Assembly: GCA_002633005.1 (NCBI GenBank)
Contig: NMRA01000162.1
Location: 489,632 to 553,631, forward strand
Reading direction: 5' to 3'
Source: Phoronis australis
Lineage: Eukaryota; Animalia; Phoronida
Length of the DNA stretch: 64,000 nucleotides
The position numbers and the translations under genes are program-made. Each line of letters starts with the position of its first letter. Within the stretch, counting starts at the first letter, position 1. Below the pieces are notes generated by a model. The model had not been told where the DNA came from, ran no database searches, and saw only the letters and a list, made by a program, of their open reading frames with translations. This document shows positions 1 to 13,685 of this stretch, piece by piece.

Positions 1-7
1 CGCTATT

Positions 8-190
8 TTGCGGTGTATCGTTCCCGCTTGTCCGAACTAAGCAGCCGCGAGGAAAGCGAATATATCGTTTTTTTTTACTTCCTCGAGAGTCCGAAATGCT
101 TAGGAATTGGCTCATGGTAGTGAAGAATGAAATGTACGCTGTAAATAGCAAGTATGAGGCCGTGAAACATCTCCGAGTCTGTGGCCTTCA
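8..190 (+). pseudogene. Degenerate THAP zinc-finger remnant, probably from a DNA transposon
   Basis: Translates LRCIVPACPN*...(frameshift in poly-T)...LPRESEMLRNWL...KHLRVCGL. This matches the THAP C-x4-C / P / W / RVC pattern, with a stop and a frameshift. Confidence 0.5.
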
Positions 191-313
191 GACGACGTCG
201 ACAGTGCCTCACGAATGCCGGCTTACCAAATAACTCCATACGTTCCGTTGTCTGAGCTTGTTCACGGCGCCTCTCTAGTATTTCTTCATCACTGTATTCC
301 TGTTCGAATTGAT

Positions 314-986
314 AGCCTGTAAAACTTAACGATCCACCTACGATATCGGGACTGATGAGCTCTAGCTCGTCCTAAGTCGGGATTGCGAGTTGCCAGTGTT
401 GGCGTTTATTACTGAGCGTTCTGTTTTAAAATGAATTATTCTCACCCTAACCAATACTTATATAAAACTAAAACAAAGTCTGTCTCATTAGATGCAATTT
501 GTAATGCCTTTGGAGTGTTCGTGAGTGCAAATGATTTGAGAAGCCAGCAAAGCGTTACCGGCTTTAGGTGCAATAAAACTAATGGACGGGACACCGAGGC
601 CGTGTGAGCTCATGCTAATTTAGTGTTTGCTGGCAGAAACTGTTGTGAAACAACTCGATTTCTATCCCATGACCAGGTGTTAGGGGAATCTTTATTTACA
701 TTTACATTACTCAAATAATGATTGTGTACAACTTCTGCCCTGACGGCCGGTGCTGTGGCCCAAAGCGGAACTGAATTCGCGACCCCCTACGAGTAAGTAA
801 ATTTGCAGTTTCGTGGCTAATTCACCAACAATCACGTGCACATTACTTTGGCTCACTAGTATAGTATTTTCTTGACTGGAAGTTTAGTTTCCACTGAATT
901 TTAGGCTGGTTTGTTCGTGATGTCTGATCAGTTTCCGAGCCACTGGCCGGGATAACGAGTCAATCCGGCCGGCCGCGACGGGCCTG
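314..986. mobile_element. Terminal ~670 bp of a non-autonomous DNA transposon (hAT-like end, CAGGCCCGTCGC on the minus strand)
   Basis: Near-identical direct copy at 5139-5808. Both copies end at GGCCGCGACGGGCCT(G). Confidence 0.65.
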
Positions 987-1969
987 ATGGGGCTCCAAGC
1001 CACTGGCCAGGATACCAAGCGTTTTGTTTTTAGAACTCAGAAAATCACAAGTCTAAACAACACAGATCTAGGTTCTCCTGTCTGTATCTCACGGAAAATA
1101 CTTCGAAATTATCTCCGAACACATCCCAAACTCCTGCTACAGACCTTATTGGCCTGCCGAACTTTTTAGGCTACGGTGTGTCCAAATACCAATAAATCCG
1201 TAACAGCGAAATAAAACAACACGTTTTTGTAAGAACTCGGTGTATTTTTAAGGGTTTTACATCGAAGTTTGATGATTTATTGGTGTTAAACGATGACTCC
1301 AAGCGATAAGCTGACACCAGTAACCCGTGTTGTGAACTGCTGAACAGAATGCGTGTGAAACCGCAATTGGATAATTTCAACACCTCCGTCTGCCGTCAGG
1401 TGTCAGGTAACGCAACCGCACGTGTAGTTATGGAGTAGAACTACTCGATCTAAATTGATACAAATTAGGTTGTTTTTTGGGTGGCATGCTCCTTTAAGTC
1501 TTTCAACTGAGTCAGGTGAGTATAAGGCAAAGGCTAGCGCGAGACTGAGCGAAGCGCGAGATCTGGCGCGTGACCTGGCGCGTGACACTTGCAAAATAGC
1601 ATGAGAAAATATCAAATGAAATTTGTAAGATTTGTGTCTCTTGGACTTTTTGTTCGTCAACAAGCGTGATTTCACGTAACTTCCTCAAAAGGGCGCCCAG
1701 TGAGAGAAACTCGAGAGAACCGCGAGAGTTTCATGGATATGCTCAAGTTACTTGTAGACTAAATTGTGTCCAGAGTCAGGCTTTGTGTTAATTATGACTT
1801 CACGTGCACATATGCATGTTTCATTTGATTTTATTTGCTGTATTTTGAAGTGAATATCTTTTTATGGGGATACACTATCGCCCCTGTATGCCTGCGGCAT
1901 TCAGGCCTAGAGCTGGTTGAGTTCCAATTTAATTCCGTTCACAGCTTCGCACAACATAATATGTCAGCA

Positions 1970-2535
1970 TTCCCGTGCTGCCATTATGACGTTTTGTCCA
2001 TGTCCATCTTGCAGAGTCTTAGTTTTACCTATTTACGTCATAATAAATGACATTATTCGCAATCCTCCTCTTGTTTTACTCTTATACATCTGGCTGGTGG
2101 CGTACCCCGGGCAAAATAGATTACGATAGATTAAATTTAACTTGTTAAATGCGTTTATCGTCATTATTTTGACATTCGTCTCTTTATTTTGATACCAACC
2201 CTTAGAGTTTATTTTGCATTACTCATCTCTATTTATAGTCACAAGGGCCTACTTTTGTATTCATTAATTTCTCTATGCGACACCTGATTGGTCGCCCATA
2301 TTTCCTTTGTTCAGTTCATCGTGGTCTCTCTCATTCAACCACCTACCTCGTCGTCTACAAGACCTACGTTCGTTCTCTCCATGCTGGTGGGCGTTTTGTC
2401 CATGCCCATCTTGCAGAGTCTTAGTTAGTTTTGTCTATTTACGTCATAATAAATGTCATTATTCGCACTCTTCCTCTTGTTTTACTCTGCAACATCTTAG
2501 CTCGTGGCGTACCCCGGGCAAATTAGATTACGATA
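1970..2535 (+). repeat. Two diverged direct copies of a ~160-bp unit (about 1970-2128 and 2378-2535)
   Basis: Shared string ...CCATCTTGCAGAGTCTTAG...TTTACGTCATAATAAATG...GTGGCGTACCCCGGGCAAA.TAGATTACGATA. Confidence 0.8.
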
Positions 2536-3909
2536 AAACAAGTTCACAGTTTCTTCGTCCATTCACAGTTATTCCACGATCCATCTACCATATCTTAAGT
2601 TGTTTTAACGTTTTAAGCGTAAAATTCACCATAAGAACCCCAGTAAGTTTTAGCATGTGTAGCAAAGACTCGCGGCAAAACAAGAGCAATATGGCAGGCT
2701 TTGCCTCTCTTGCGGTGACGTCACATTGACTACCGAGAAACTCGCAAGTACAGTGTAAGCTATTGGTGCAAGCTGTATAGTAAATAAAGAACGGCCGTTG
2801 CACCGACGTTGGTAAAAACTAATCAGATAAAATCTGACACAAAATGGGGCTATTCAGAAAATATACAATAACTAGAGGGCGCGCGTGTACTAGTGGTGAT
2901 AGATTAACAGCCTCGATTTTGCGAGCCCTTTAAATACATGGTGAAATGGCTTGCAGCCGTGCCAACTGAATCTGAGATTGCGTGAAAAGGGTGCTTCTAT
3001 GAGAGGAAGTAAGCACGACCTTATACAAAGGTGCGGTTTGTGATTATTTTAACGATTATTCCATTATTATTCTACCGAAGCCTGTTAATTGAGGTACTCG
3101 CCGATGTCGACTCCGCGGCAGTCGCCTGTCGGGTTAATCTTTGTTTGTTGTGATATGTGATACGATACTTGACGTAGCAATCGGGATATTTTCGTACATC
3201 AAAGCATCATTATTGTTTGGAATGATTTCTAACAGTTTATCAGTGACAGTTACATCAATCAATGCTGAATGTTTATGCTGTCAACTCGATACAGGTTAAT
3301 GAGTTAAGATTACAATCCAAGCCCAATGGCAAAGGGTACATGACAAATACCCATTGCATTGGACTATTTGTTTACTCCCTATCATATGTCTTCTGGAAAT
3401 CTATTACACGTTGAAAGTTGAAATCTATCACGTCTTTTTTCACGTAACCATTGGTTTTTAGGTTTGAGGGCTTGTACCGTGCAGAGGAGATATGCATAAC
3501 TTCTGTACCGTCCCTGAATGGACAAAAATTGGTTTTAAGCATTTGACTGCTGCTAACCAACAAGATCTTCCTATCCAGTGAAGATATGTTGTCAAAGCCT
3601 ACTTTCAATATTGGAGACAACGAACAAAGCCTTTGAAAAGGAACAGCTACTGTATTTTTAAAGAAAGGTATGTAAGTCCTTTTGTTACTTTACTTATTCA
3701 GGTCCTTAAGGGGGATTGACATAGGGGGCTTGGGATCGTAATATTTGGTACTACTGAATATGTGGAAATAACAGGTAATACATGTTTGGGGGAAAGAGCA
3801 TGGCGAGGTAATTCTTAACCTTCATGAAGTCCCTTCAAGTTGATTTCATGAAACTGTTTTGTTACTTGTATCAATTTTAAACCCATGAAAATATATTACA
3901 TTTTCTGAT

Positions 3910-5808
3910 TCTCAGTGACTGAATAGTCTCAACTCATGCCTTGAAATGTTGCAAGTCGTTATAAATTCAAATGACTGCCATTTTTGTGAAAATTGCACTT
4001 TTGGTGGTGCCTTACGATTTGTAATTACTCTTAAACAACAGAAAGATTATCCATCATTTTTAAATGACCCAATTCTTCATATTTTCTATTAGGAGAAAAA
4101 ATTAAAAGTTTGAGAAACGGTTACCTCAACCTAAGACTAGAAATATGCTTGACAGACCCATGAACCTGTAATCGGAGTTAAAATTGCTGAAAGTATCAAA
4201 AATAAAAAGGCTTGAAAATGGGTAACAAAAGTTTGAAGTTGTCTCAAAAACTTGTACATTTTGCAGACAAGTGATGCGTTTAAAGATTTGTTATGGCTAG
4301 GAATAAAAAATAAAGACAGAATTTTATGCAATACTTATTATATACACCCTTGGTTTCTGAAAATAGTAATTATTTAATTTTATGTGAAACTCTAGAGCAG
4401 TCACCATATATTTTTGAAAAACAGGGATAACACTTTGGACCCAATCTGGAGTACTTAATTATTCACATTTCAATATTCGTTCCACGTTCAGCGACATCTT
4501 AAGGCCACTTCAAGCCGCAGCATAGACAAGTTTTGTTACTCCGTTCTCTTCCCACAGCACTTCCACTTATAGGCAATGAGTCACGTGTGGACAATAGCCC
4601 ATTTCCTTTCCTGGAAGAAACACGAAGGACTAAAGAAGACCTAGTGACACTGTGGTCTACTAGCTCAGGCTCTGATTTTTGGCTCAAAACAATTCAAGTG
4701 ATATGCTGTCGTGTTTACCTTCAAGGGCCTAATTGTGGATGTTATTGAGGCTGAATGAGGTTACATGAAAGAAAGCCACGTGTCGAAACTGGACCTTTTT
4801 TACAAGCGCTTCTATAGGCCATTGAAACTAGATCCCAGTGAAATGAAAGCCAAAAGCTGACTGACATTAAATTTTCCTTTCAGAAGAAAGGTTTTACGCT
4901 ATTGGTAAAAACTTTCCAGTTTGGTACACATTATGGGGAAATGACATTCAGTGACTGCCTCGATTGTGTTATTATCTGTTTTCAATTGTAGCTAGCTGGA
5001 TAAGAATCTGCTATGCATAAGATTCGAGAATAAACAATTATCAGTGTATTTAAAAACAAATGGCAAACTGAAAAATTAGAAAGAAACAACATTGCGAGAG
5101 AGTTCATAATCAGGCATATCAAGCGCTGAATTTCTGAAAGCCTGTAAAACTTAACGATCCACCAGCGAAGTCGGGACTGATGAGCTCTAGCTCGTCCTAA
5201 GTCTGGATTGCGACGGTTGCCATGATGTTGGCGTGAGCGTTCTGTTTCAAAATGAATTATTCTCACCCTAACCAATACTTATATAAAACTGAAACAAAGT
5301 CAGTCTCATTAGATACAATTTGTAATGCCTTTGGAGTGTTCGTGAGTGCAAATGATTTTAAAAGCCAGCAATGAATACATCACTGCGTTACCGGCTTTAG
5401 GTGCACCGGGACACCGAGGCCGTGTGAGCTCATGCTAATTTAGTGTTTGCTGGCAGAAACTCTTGTGAAACAAGTCGATTTCCATCCCACGGCCAAGTGT
5501 TAGGGGAATCTTTATTAACATTTACATTACTCAAATAATGATTGTCAATGTACAACTTCTGCCCTGACGGTGCTGTGGCCAAAGCGGAACCTGAATTCGC
5601 GGCCCCTGACGAGTAAGTAGATTTGGCTAATTCACCAACATAATCACGTGCACATTACTTTGGCTCACTACATGTAGTATAGTATTTTCTTGACTGGAAG
5701 TTTAGTCCCACTGAACTTTGGCTGGTTTATGTTCGTGATGTCTGATCAAGTTTCCGAGCCACTGGCTGCGGCAACGTGTCAATCACGGCGGGCGGCCGCG
5801 ACGGGCCT
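3910..5808. mobile_element. Larger copy of the same non-autonomous DNA transposon
   Basis: 3910-5135 is collinear with 52490-54050, and 5139-5808 is collinear with 314-986. Confidence 0.7.
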
Positions 5809-5968
5809 TGTTTAGGCTTGTGAATGCCAATGAAATAAGTCACATGTCCACCATTTTATTATTTATTTTTTAGAACGACCTTGACCTATCCAAGGTAGCA
5901 ACATGCAATGCCATCTATTGATTAAGATATAAATCACAGCTACAGCAAGTCAGTTAACATCTGCAACA
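5809..5968 (-). mobile_element. 3' LTR (~160 bp) of a Gypsy/Ty3 retrotransposon
   Basis: On the minus strand the polypurine tract GGAGGGGAGA (5978-5969) is directly followed by TGTTGC...AAACA, with an internal AATAAA. It lies just downstream of the integrase tail. Confidence 0.7.
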
Positions 5969-6142
5969 TCTCCCCTCCAAAAAATGTAGAACCAATACTG
6001 TTTAATGAACGATCTAGAGATAGTGAACTAAACACGAACACTGGGAAGGAGTAGACTGTCCATCCCAGAACACAATGACAAGGGATTATTCTGCCCTATA
6101 AGCCAAAGTGTTACCGCTAACTGCTCAATAAAACTACTTAAA

Positions 6143-6409
6143 CTAGTCAGAGTATCTAACTGGTTTACGAATTACACGGCCTGATCTTGTGGTGACGACA
6201 GGCGAGGAAATGGTTTCATGCTGCAGTGGTGGAGGCTCTTCAGCCGGCGAACAAGCTGGTGGTTGTTCAGGACTAGGAGGTGGTTCAGCCGAAGACTTCT
6301 CAGTAAGACTAGAAGAATTATCGGATCTAATAAATCTTCTGTTTCGGCGGTACACTTTACCATCTGTCTCAACCAGATATGAACGATCTCCAACAAAGGC
6401 CACAGCCAA
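6143..6409 (-). pseudogene. Gypsy pol C-terminus (integrase tail)
   Basis: RSYLVETDGKVYRRNRRFI and TTRSGRVIRKPVRY are typical metazoan Gypsy integrase C-terminal motifs. Confidence 0.8.
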
Positions 6410-6686
6410 CGTGGGTTACTCGTATTCACTATTGTCGTGATGGAATGAGCACAGTCTAAACACAACATGCATAAGCCTAAGTAGCACTCGATCTGGGTCG
6501 GGATCCAGGGCCTGGCATCACTCGCCCTAGAATGGAAATAGTTTGTTCGTTATTTACAAAATTTGCAAATGCACTTACTTGGTGGTGTGTCCTTCATTGT
6601 AACGCCGCTAATGTGTGTGGTCCGTCGAAACACGATTCTTTGAAATATGCCGATCAAACTTTGATCGGCATATTTCACGGTGTGGC

Positions 6687-7093
6687 TTACGCCAAACTGA
6701 ATCTCATGTTCCACACTGACACTCCACACTCTTGTGCGCCGCCCATGACAAACCGATGCCATTTTTGTGCAGCTTTCACGTATTTAGGAAATTTGAACAC
6801 AAAGACGTTCACAGGCAAGTTGTTGTTACCACAGTTTCCACAAACGCACCTTTTCATGTCTGAAAAAGGCGGCTCCACGCGGACTTTCTTCACAACTCCT
6901 CAGTATCGCACTGGTAAAACAACGGCTGAGGCGGTCTTCCACCCATTGCGTACAAACTCGATAACAGAAAAATATATTTTTTAAAATTTTTAGATTGTTT
7001 CGTAGCAACAGGTGTATTAAAGGCTATTAAATCTGTTAAGATGTAATAATAAAATTCCTTTTTGAGACGCAGGGTCATGGTGGGAACTCTTTA
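6687..7093 (-). mobile_element. THAP-domain remnant next to a TTAA-AG terminus (Kolobok-like, tentative)
   Basis: MKRCVCGNCGNNNLPVNVFVFKFPKYVKAAQKWHRFV shows the THAP C-x4-C...FxFP...W pattern. The minus strand reads TTAAAGAGTTCCC at about 7093. Confidence 0.5.
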
Positions 7094-7469
7094 AGGCGGA
7101 AATTTAAAAAACCATATGTCCGCTTGCAAAAAAATTAACATTGAAGAATAAAAACAACCTTTACACCCCTCTGGTGTTCTTGTTCCATGTTTTCAAAGAA
7201 GTTGGTTGCATTTTCATAGACTGCAGTCGAGAGATTTTGTGCGGCATATATTCGACATGAAATGAGTGTGTAACTTGCTGTTGAATTGCGAGATAGATTT
7301 TGACTGGTCCGGGTGGTTATTTATGAAGTATTAATGTAATATTTATTTATATTAAAGGTTTCACCAGCGTCCTATTAATTTGTACACGAATGTGAATTTG
7401 TTGAAATCGCTGATCCAAATCCTGGCCAAATGTGCGCATTCTGCTGAGACCAACCGTCTGATCAGGGCC

Positions 7470-7705
7470 AGCGAAGAGTACCGGTGGTACACTGTTGTGT
7501 ACCTCAATGGTGTATTCGCCTGGCAAACAGCCTAAGCCATGAAATACATCATGATACCTTTGTAGGACATCTGTCTTGCAAATGGGTGTTGCTACAGCAG
7601 TATGAATTGTAGATCCATGTATGGAAATCCCCAGAAGAACCGCGAGAATTTGCTCTGAGACTGCGTTTTGATCGAGATTTGTAGTTAAAAAATCGAGCTT
7701 AAATC
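7470..7705 (-). pseudogene. Gypsy pol fragment (protease-RT linker)
   Basis: Minus frame reads KLDFLTTN...KTDVLQRYHDVFHGLGCLPGEYTIEVHNSVPPV, matching the YxDVFxGLGxLPGxYxI...PV linker. Confidence 0.7.
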
Positions 7706-9849
7706 CATTGCCTCAGTTTCCTTTTTGTTTTTATTGTTCATCAAGCGCGACGCTTGAGGTACGGTTTCATACAAGCAGCGATTTTTAGACAAAATTAGTC
7801 AACAAACCCGACAATTACACGGGTCATTGTTTATAAGCACCAACCTGTGGCCCTGAAAGGATGCCAGGAGTAGTTTGGTCTCCGATATCTTTTCGGTTGC
7901 ATCATGAGTCGTAGAACCACACACTACATTCAATGAGTTTTTCAACGAGATATTTTTGGGTGTAATCACAATGCAGTATTTTACGGAAAGAACTTACATT
8001 TGAACAAAACGAAAAGTTTAGGTCCTAAGTTAGATAGCTAAGTGTGTGTGTGCGTGTGTATTTGTATTATTACTGTTTTCAATTGCCTCAGTATATCATA
8101 ATTCATTTGTGCAATGTTTACCTGTTGCCCCGACATCTATTTTTGTTAATTCGAATTCTGAAAAATAGGCCTACTGGTATCTGTAGTATTTACCAATGCC
8201 CGTGAAATAAAATTATAAAAATGAAAGTTTACCTTGTAGAAGAACCCAATTCTGTTATTTGTGTGACGGCGTACAGTGTATTTGCCAATTGTCCCGCTCT
8301 TGGCGGTCTGTGTCACCTTTAAATTCTTTTCCGCCATGGGCCACACCATATAAATGTGCCACTTTTTGACACACTGCCACATTGACGTACATGTATTATC
8401 GTTGTATTTTAGTGCACGACATAGCCATGTTTTCCCGCAAGTCTATAAAAGAAAAAACGAGACGTTTCAAGGGTTTTTGCGGTACACGCAATTTCCCATT
8501 CTCAACTATAGAAAAGCAACAACAAAAATGCTGTCGGGCATTTTTGGATGTTACGTACGCTGTCGGTACGTCTTTGTGCGTTGCACCGAGTAGTTTACTT
8601 TTACGTTTTGGATTAGACCCAGATGTTTCGCTTGTTATCGCGAAGTCCCGCTTTTCAATCCAGTTGTTCTGCATTTTCGTTCTTTGTTGAAAAGTTGAGA
8701 AAAAACTCAAGAGATGAATAAAAGCAAAACCAAAACCAAATTTGGAATTCAGAAAACTGTAACAGCATTTTTGAGGTTTTATCTTAAACATTCAGATCAA
8801 AAGAAATTTGGTAACGTTATCGACGTAGTTGTTTTGATATGCAGTTGCATCTACCTTTTTTGCTAAATTTTACTACATCATACATGTATAGTCACGTGGC
8901 CTCACTTGTGGCAGATTTAGATTTTACAGTCTTTATACATGTACCTTCATAAAACTTGTACATTCACGTAATAATATTCTACAGCTTTGTGGATATTTGG
9001 CTCAATACACTCACTACCTTGTTGATAAGGTCATACATAACCTTAACGATTGGCCTTACACAGCTTTTCAGCACCTTGAGCATTCAACAAAAGTTTTCAC
9101 ATTAGCCCTTTGGGGCAAATATATTTATATAGTGCACCAAATATTTGTCTAATTATCCGTAATCGGACCAGAATAACAGAACATCATGAAACCAGTCCGT
9201 GAAATTATTTATGTACATGTACAGCATCGTGGGAAATCGGGACATGCACTTAGTTTACACAATTGTAGCAATGGGGCGTGAAGCTACCCTTGGAACATGG
9301 GAGTTACTGGGTGCAAATACTCGCGAATATTGCAATAATAAAAACAAAAAACAAAAGGTAATTCAATTGCATTGACTATAGCGTCCAAAAGCAACTACAT
9401 TTTTAAAAATTACTTTGGGTTAATTCAATCGCTATCTTCGTGTGGCTACGTTTGCAATGGGAGATTTTAAAGTTGTTTGTGTCTGGTTTCTCGTGTAGAA
9501 GAACCCAGGTATTTTGTAAAAAAGCATTTTCGTCAATTGATTAATAAAGACTAACAAGCTCTTCCAAAAACGCAGCAAAGACTAATTTACTGTTGAAACG
9601 GGCTTCTTCACTTCTGTGTCTAATTAATATGTACTACAATCTCGTACATACATGTACAGGTACTTAATTAGAAATTGCATTGCCAAATCATGGCGAGTAA
9701 ACACCAACAAAGCCTTGAGTGCTAAGCCCTGAGGATGTCCCGTGATGACGTTTTTCCAATGGCGGATAAAGCACCTAAAGTGGTTGCAAGTAGCAGATGA
9801 ATTTGTAAACTATATGCAGAATGGGAGATCACCATTAGCAGAAATGTTG

Positions 9850-10315
9850 CTTGGAGAAATGTAGGACTTTTTGTGCCGATTACAAGAAATTCGAACTGGG
9901 CCTTGTTTAACCCAGGGACATTTACACTGTTTGTAAAAACGGAAGTGAAGATGAAGTTCATTTCATCTTTGATTTTGAAAAGTATATTCATATTCGACCA
10001 TTTTTATACGTTATTCTGCCCTACCTCAAATATTCCAAAATAACTTGAAAGGTTTAGCGAAATTCACTCAAGACGCTTTGCAGGTTAAAAGTAATTATTT
10101 GTTTGTAAACTAGTCCAATGAGCTACTGGTATAGCTCATTGACTAGTCTGAAGTGGTCATATTTGAGTGTGTGCAGTATGCTATTTCATGGTTTAATTGT
10201 TATTAGGTGACTGAGTAAGCCCATTGAGGCTAGGGGTCGGTGTGCTGAATATTCTGTCTTTGAGACTGTATTTCCTGGCACCCTTATGTAACTATAATAA
10301 ATAAATAGATAAATA
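9850..10315 (+). mobile_element. 3' remnant of a non-LTR retrotransposon (C-terminal Cys/His motif, 3' UTR and (TAAA)n tail)
   Basis: The + frame reads IYTVCKNGSEDEVHFIFDFEKYIHIR, a decayed CxxC..EDExHF..CxxY..R motif. The tail AATAAATAAATAGATAAATA is at about 10295-10315. Confidence 0.5.
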
Positions 10316-11158
10316 CAGGGCATGTGCGGAAACTGAAAACTAAAACAAAATAACTATGTAATAACATTTGTGATAACCTTTTTAACATTGCCATTTTCAT
10401 GAACTTTACAGATACGCGAATTCAACTGATGACTAGTCATGTAGCAGTGAATTCGTTGTTGTTAGTACACATGCATGTAGCAGTCAATGCGTGTGTGTTA
10501 GTCTGGACAAACTGAGGCCTATGGCCACTTTGTTCATACAGGTATACGTGCATGTACGTACTTTGCAGAGAGACGAGTCCAACTCCAAATTTCAGATTTC
10601 GATCTCATGAGCATCCGTGGTTATGCAAAACCTGTAGACTGTTTATTTGGAATTCATGAAAGACAGATATTGAATGAAAGCGATGGAGAATATTGTTGCG
10701 GATACTGCACTATACAAGCAAAACAATATTTTCGCTTACTGTACGTTACACAGTTCAGCTTGAACAGGATACCCCGCCAAAAGTAAGTGCGGTCATTTGA
10801 GAATGTTGCACAGAGGGATTAGGAACACATTGTTATGAATGTAACTGGTAACGATCAGGACTCCTCTCGTACGTTAATTCTAAAAAGAATTAAAAACCCT
10901 TTATAAAGGTTCTTTTCTTTGACTTTGAAAGGGCACATATCACCTGAGATTGTCCTCTTTATCCATCTGAAATGTCACTGCAAAGATGTCTGGGAGAAAT
11001 CACCATACTGAGTAAATGTTGGGTTACTATGCCATTGCGTGATTATAAGTTTTGCAATGCAAATAAGTTGAGACCTCTGGATGGCATTTTAGTGCCAGAT
11101 ATCACACACTTGCTAACATGGTTAGAATGCAATTTCTAGAAGAACGAACGTTCTTCAN

Positions 11159-11290
11159 GGGGGGGGGGCAAGAGAACCATGGCCCCTCCTAACATTCTTC
11201 CAGTTCGGAGGTGTGAATGTCTGACGGGAAAATTCTGGCGAATACTCTGCCCTGCCCCCCTAACTCAAACTGATCCTAGATCCGCCCTTG
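11159..11290. mobile_element. Partial copy of the CAGGGGCGGATC MITE family
   Basis: Ends ...CCCCCTAACTCAAAC...TAGATCCGCCCTTG, like the right end of 27673-27975. The left side abuts an N. Confidence 0.5.
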
Positions 11291-12168
11291 ATCAATGTCG
11301 TCATTTCTATAACACACTTAGGAAACATTCAGTCACGATTTTAGACTAGCTTATCCCAAGGTTCAAACACCGTGTAAGAATGACACTAATTATTGTACAA
11401 ATTCACTGAGAAATCAATGCGCTAAGAAGAACACGTCAGGGCTTGGGCCGAACGCGATGGTTCAAATGCGATCCTGTCGGTGCGTCCGAAGGTGTGACTA
11501 CTGGCGGTGGACATTTCCAGTAAAATTAGATTTCACCCAAACACGTGTTAACTCAGTGGTATGAAGAAGCCACAGTAAAAGTGATATTCGTCTCCATTCA
11601 TAATTTAACAACAAATTAAGCGAAGTTCCTTTTATGTTTTCGGCGGAGAAGTGGACAAAACTTCTAATAGATGAACATATACTAAAATTCGTGAAAATTT
11701 TATTTTTGATGAAAAAAATATCACTGCTCGGAAACGACTCAAGAATACTGAATTTAAATATGCATGCACCTAATTAAGATGCGTGACCATTCAAATTAGC
11801 ATGACTTGACCTTTGAATACACTCTTTAGTGTACATGTACATGTACAGCTCCAATGTGTATTATGTGTTAATCCCAAATAATCAGTAGATTACAACTAAA
11901 TATGCAATATTATGCATTTTTTAAAATAACTATAAATGTTTCAGCTGCTTATTAAATAACGTACATTGCTTCACTATGTAGGTCAGCTTATTTGATTTTT
12001 AACTACGAAATTCTGACCTGGAGTAGCTAATTAACGTGCGGAGTATAAGAAGTAACAACACACTAACGTTGATCAATAATACATATATTATTTCAGGTGT
12101 CACAAGACAGTTGTCTACTTAGTCTGTGGTGCAGCCACTAAAGCGACACTCTGCCGTTGTTACACCAG

Positions 12169-12323
12169 CTTCCCGTTCAGTAACGCTAGGACCTCGCTAA
12201 AAACCAAGACTTCGCGAGATTACACGAGATAGAGTGCCGTGCATTTTAAATGAGAACACGTGACTTTGACCAAGTTTAGCTAGGTCCTAGCGTAGGTCCT
12301 AGCGTCTACTGAACGCACGCCAG
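12169..12323 (+). mobile_element. ~150-bp MITE family B, copy 1
   Basis: Inverted ends CGTTCAGTAACGCTAGGACCT / AGGTCCTAGCGTCTACTGAACG. Other copies are at about 14742, 31157, 39621 and 51675. Confidence 0.75.
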
Positions 12324-13174
12324 AACTTACTGGAAAGGGTTCGGATTCAGACACATCGGCGTTAGCTGGCGACCCTGTATTGGGAAAAGTTTTGCAGCCA
12401 TCTACATGTACATGTATGAATATTATCAGTGATTTCAAGGCCACTTTTAAACTATCTTGTTGGGTAGGAACGTCAGAAAATTGTTTTGGCGTTGTCGGGG
12501 CCCGCTGAGTTTTCTTGCAATTAGTTTCATCTGATTGCAAATAAAGACATGCCAAGTCGCGCGCTTATTTTACGGTGGGTCGCCGCACGAGGTGAAGCAA
12601 ACCAATTTTTGTTCTCGCCTTGTTGAGTTTTGACGTGAGGTACCGCGGCAAAGTCTTTGGCGAAGTCGAGCAAACCATCACTGTCATCTGCCCTGCTGGA
12701 CCGTATCACATAATCGGCCGTGATGACTACATCACTGCACACCTGTCAACCCCGGCACACTATTTCATGAAAGTAAAGTGCATACGAAGAATAATGGTGT
12801 TTTCACCCTTGAAATTTTCTTAGGACTCCAGGGTATTGCGCAATAACCTAACCCACACCCGACAAAAGGGGACTTCCACTTTCGACGCATTCTAAAGAGC
12901 TTGTTTTGACAGTCTTCTACCTCGGCTACACAATTTCGAATGATTGTCTTATTGTTGCATAACTGGTCAAGAAAATCTCAATTGGTTTTGGGAATGCATT
13001 GATGCAGAGACAGTCCTGGCACTGGTTTTGTTGTAAATAAAAGCACCGCCTGGGGTGTACATTCGTAGATAATTCTTCCTTCTGGGTGAGTTAACAGGCA
13101 CGGCATTTAAACTCGCGTCTCTCATTTGGTTGAGGTTATCCCACCAAGAAGCTGCTTGAAAACAAGATTCCAAG

Positions 13175-13228
13175 ATGAAGACGAGCATTTTTCTCATACT
13201 TTATATTGGCGTTTGCCTGACAGTTGTT
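13175..13228 (+). CDS. Prokineticin/astakine-like secreted protein, exon 1 (signal peptide MKTSIFLILYIGVCLTVV)
   Basis: ATG in the context AAGATGA, a hydrophobic signal peptide, and a GTAAGT donor at 13229 (phase 0). Confidence 0.8.
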
Positions 13229-13578
13229 GTAAGTTGATGTATACGCTATACCGACACATTTGATGGAAGGTTTTTGCATTAACCTACTAAACCGGAAAAT
13301 TTCCTTTTGATTCTTTAAAATGGTACTGAATCGTGTTTTGGATAAGTTAAATAAAAAATGTAGCAAACCTCTCGTTTCCTAATAGGCTTGGCTGCAGTTT
13401 GGCATGTAAAAAATAACCTGGCAGTAAATATAGCGAGGAAACTTATACACTTGTGGTCTCATTTGTGGGAACGTTCTAAGTAGGACCGTCACTCTGTTGG
13501 CGAATGTTCCAAGGGCGTAACGTACAAATTTCTTCACGGTGCGCAATAGACAAGGAAAACTGTCTTTTATACTTGCAG

Positions 13579-13685
13579 GATTGTTATAGATCAACCCGCT
13601 GTTACCAAGTGGACGACTGCGAAGAAGACCAATGCTGTGTTGCAAAATATGGTTCGGCTAGGAAGTCATGCGCCGCCAAACCGAG
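13579..13685 (+). CDS. Prokineticin/astakine-like protein, exon 2 (DCYRSTRCYQVDDCEEDQCCVAKYGSARKSCAAKP)
   Basis: Pyrimidine-rich TTGCAG acceptor, C-x5-C-x4-CC-x10-C spacing, and a non-canonical GCAAGT donor at 13686 (phase 2). Confidence 0.85.

Noticed and set aside
348-380. CTGATGA plus hairpin as a hammerhead ribozyme (also at about 5177)
   Set aside because: No GAAA box follows the stem.
8330-8540. A possible third THAP-like remnant on the minus strand
   Set aside because: It needs several frameshifts and the motif spacing is unconvincing.
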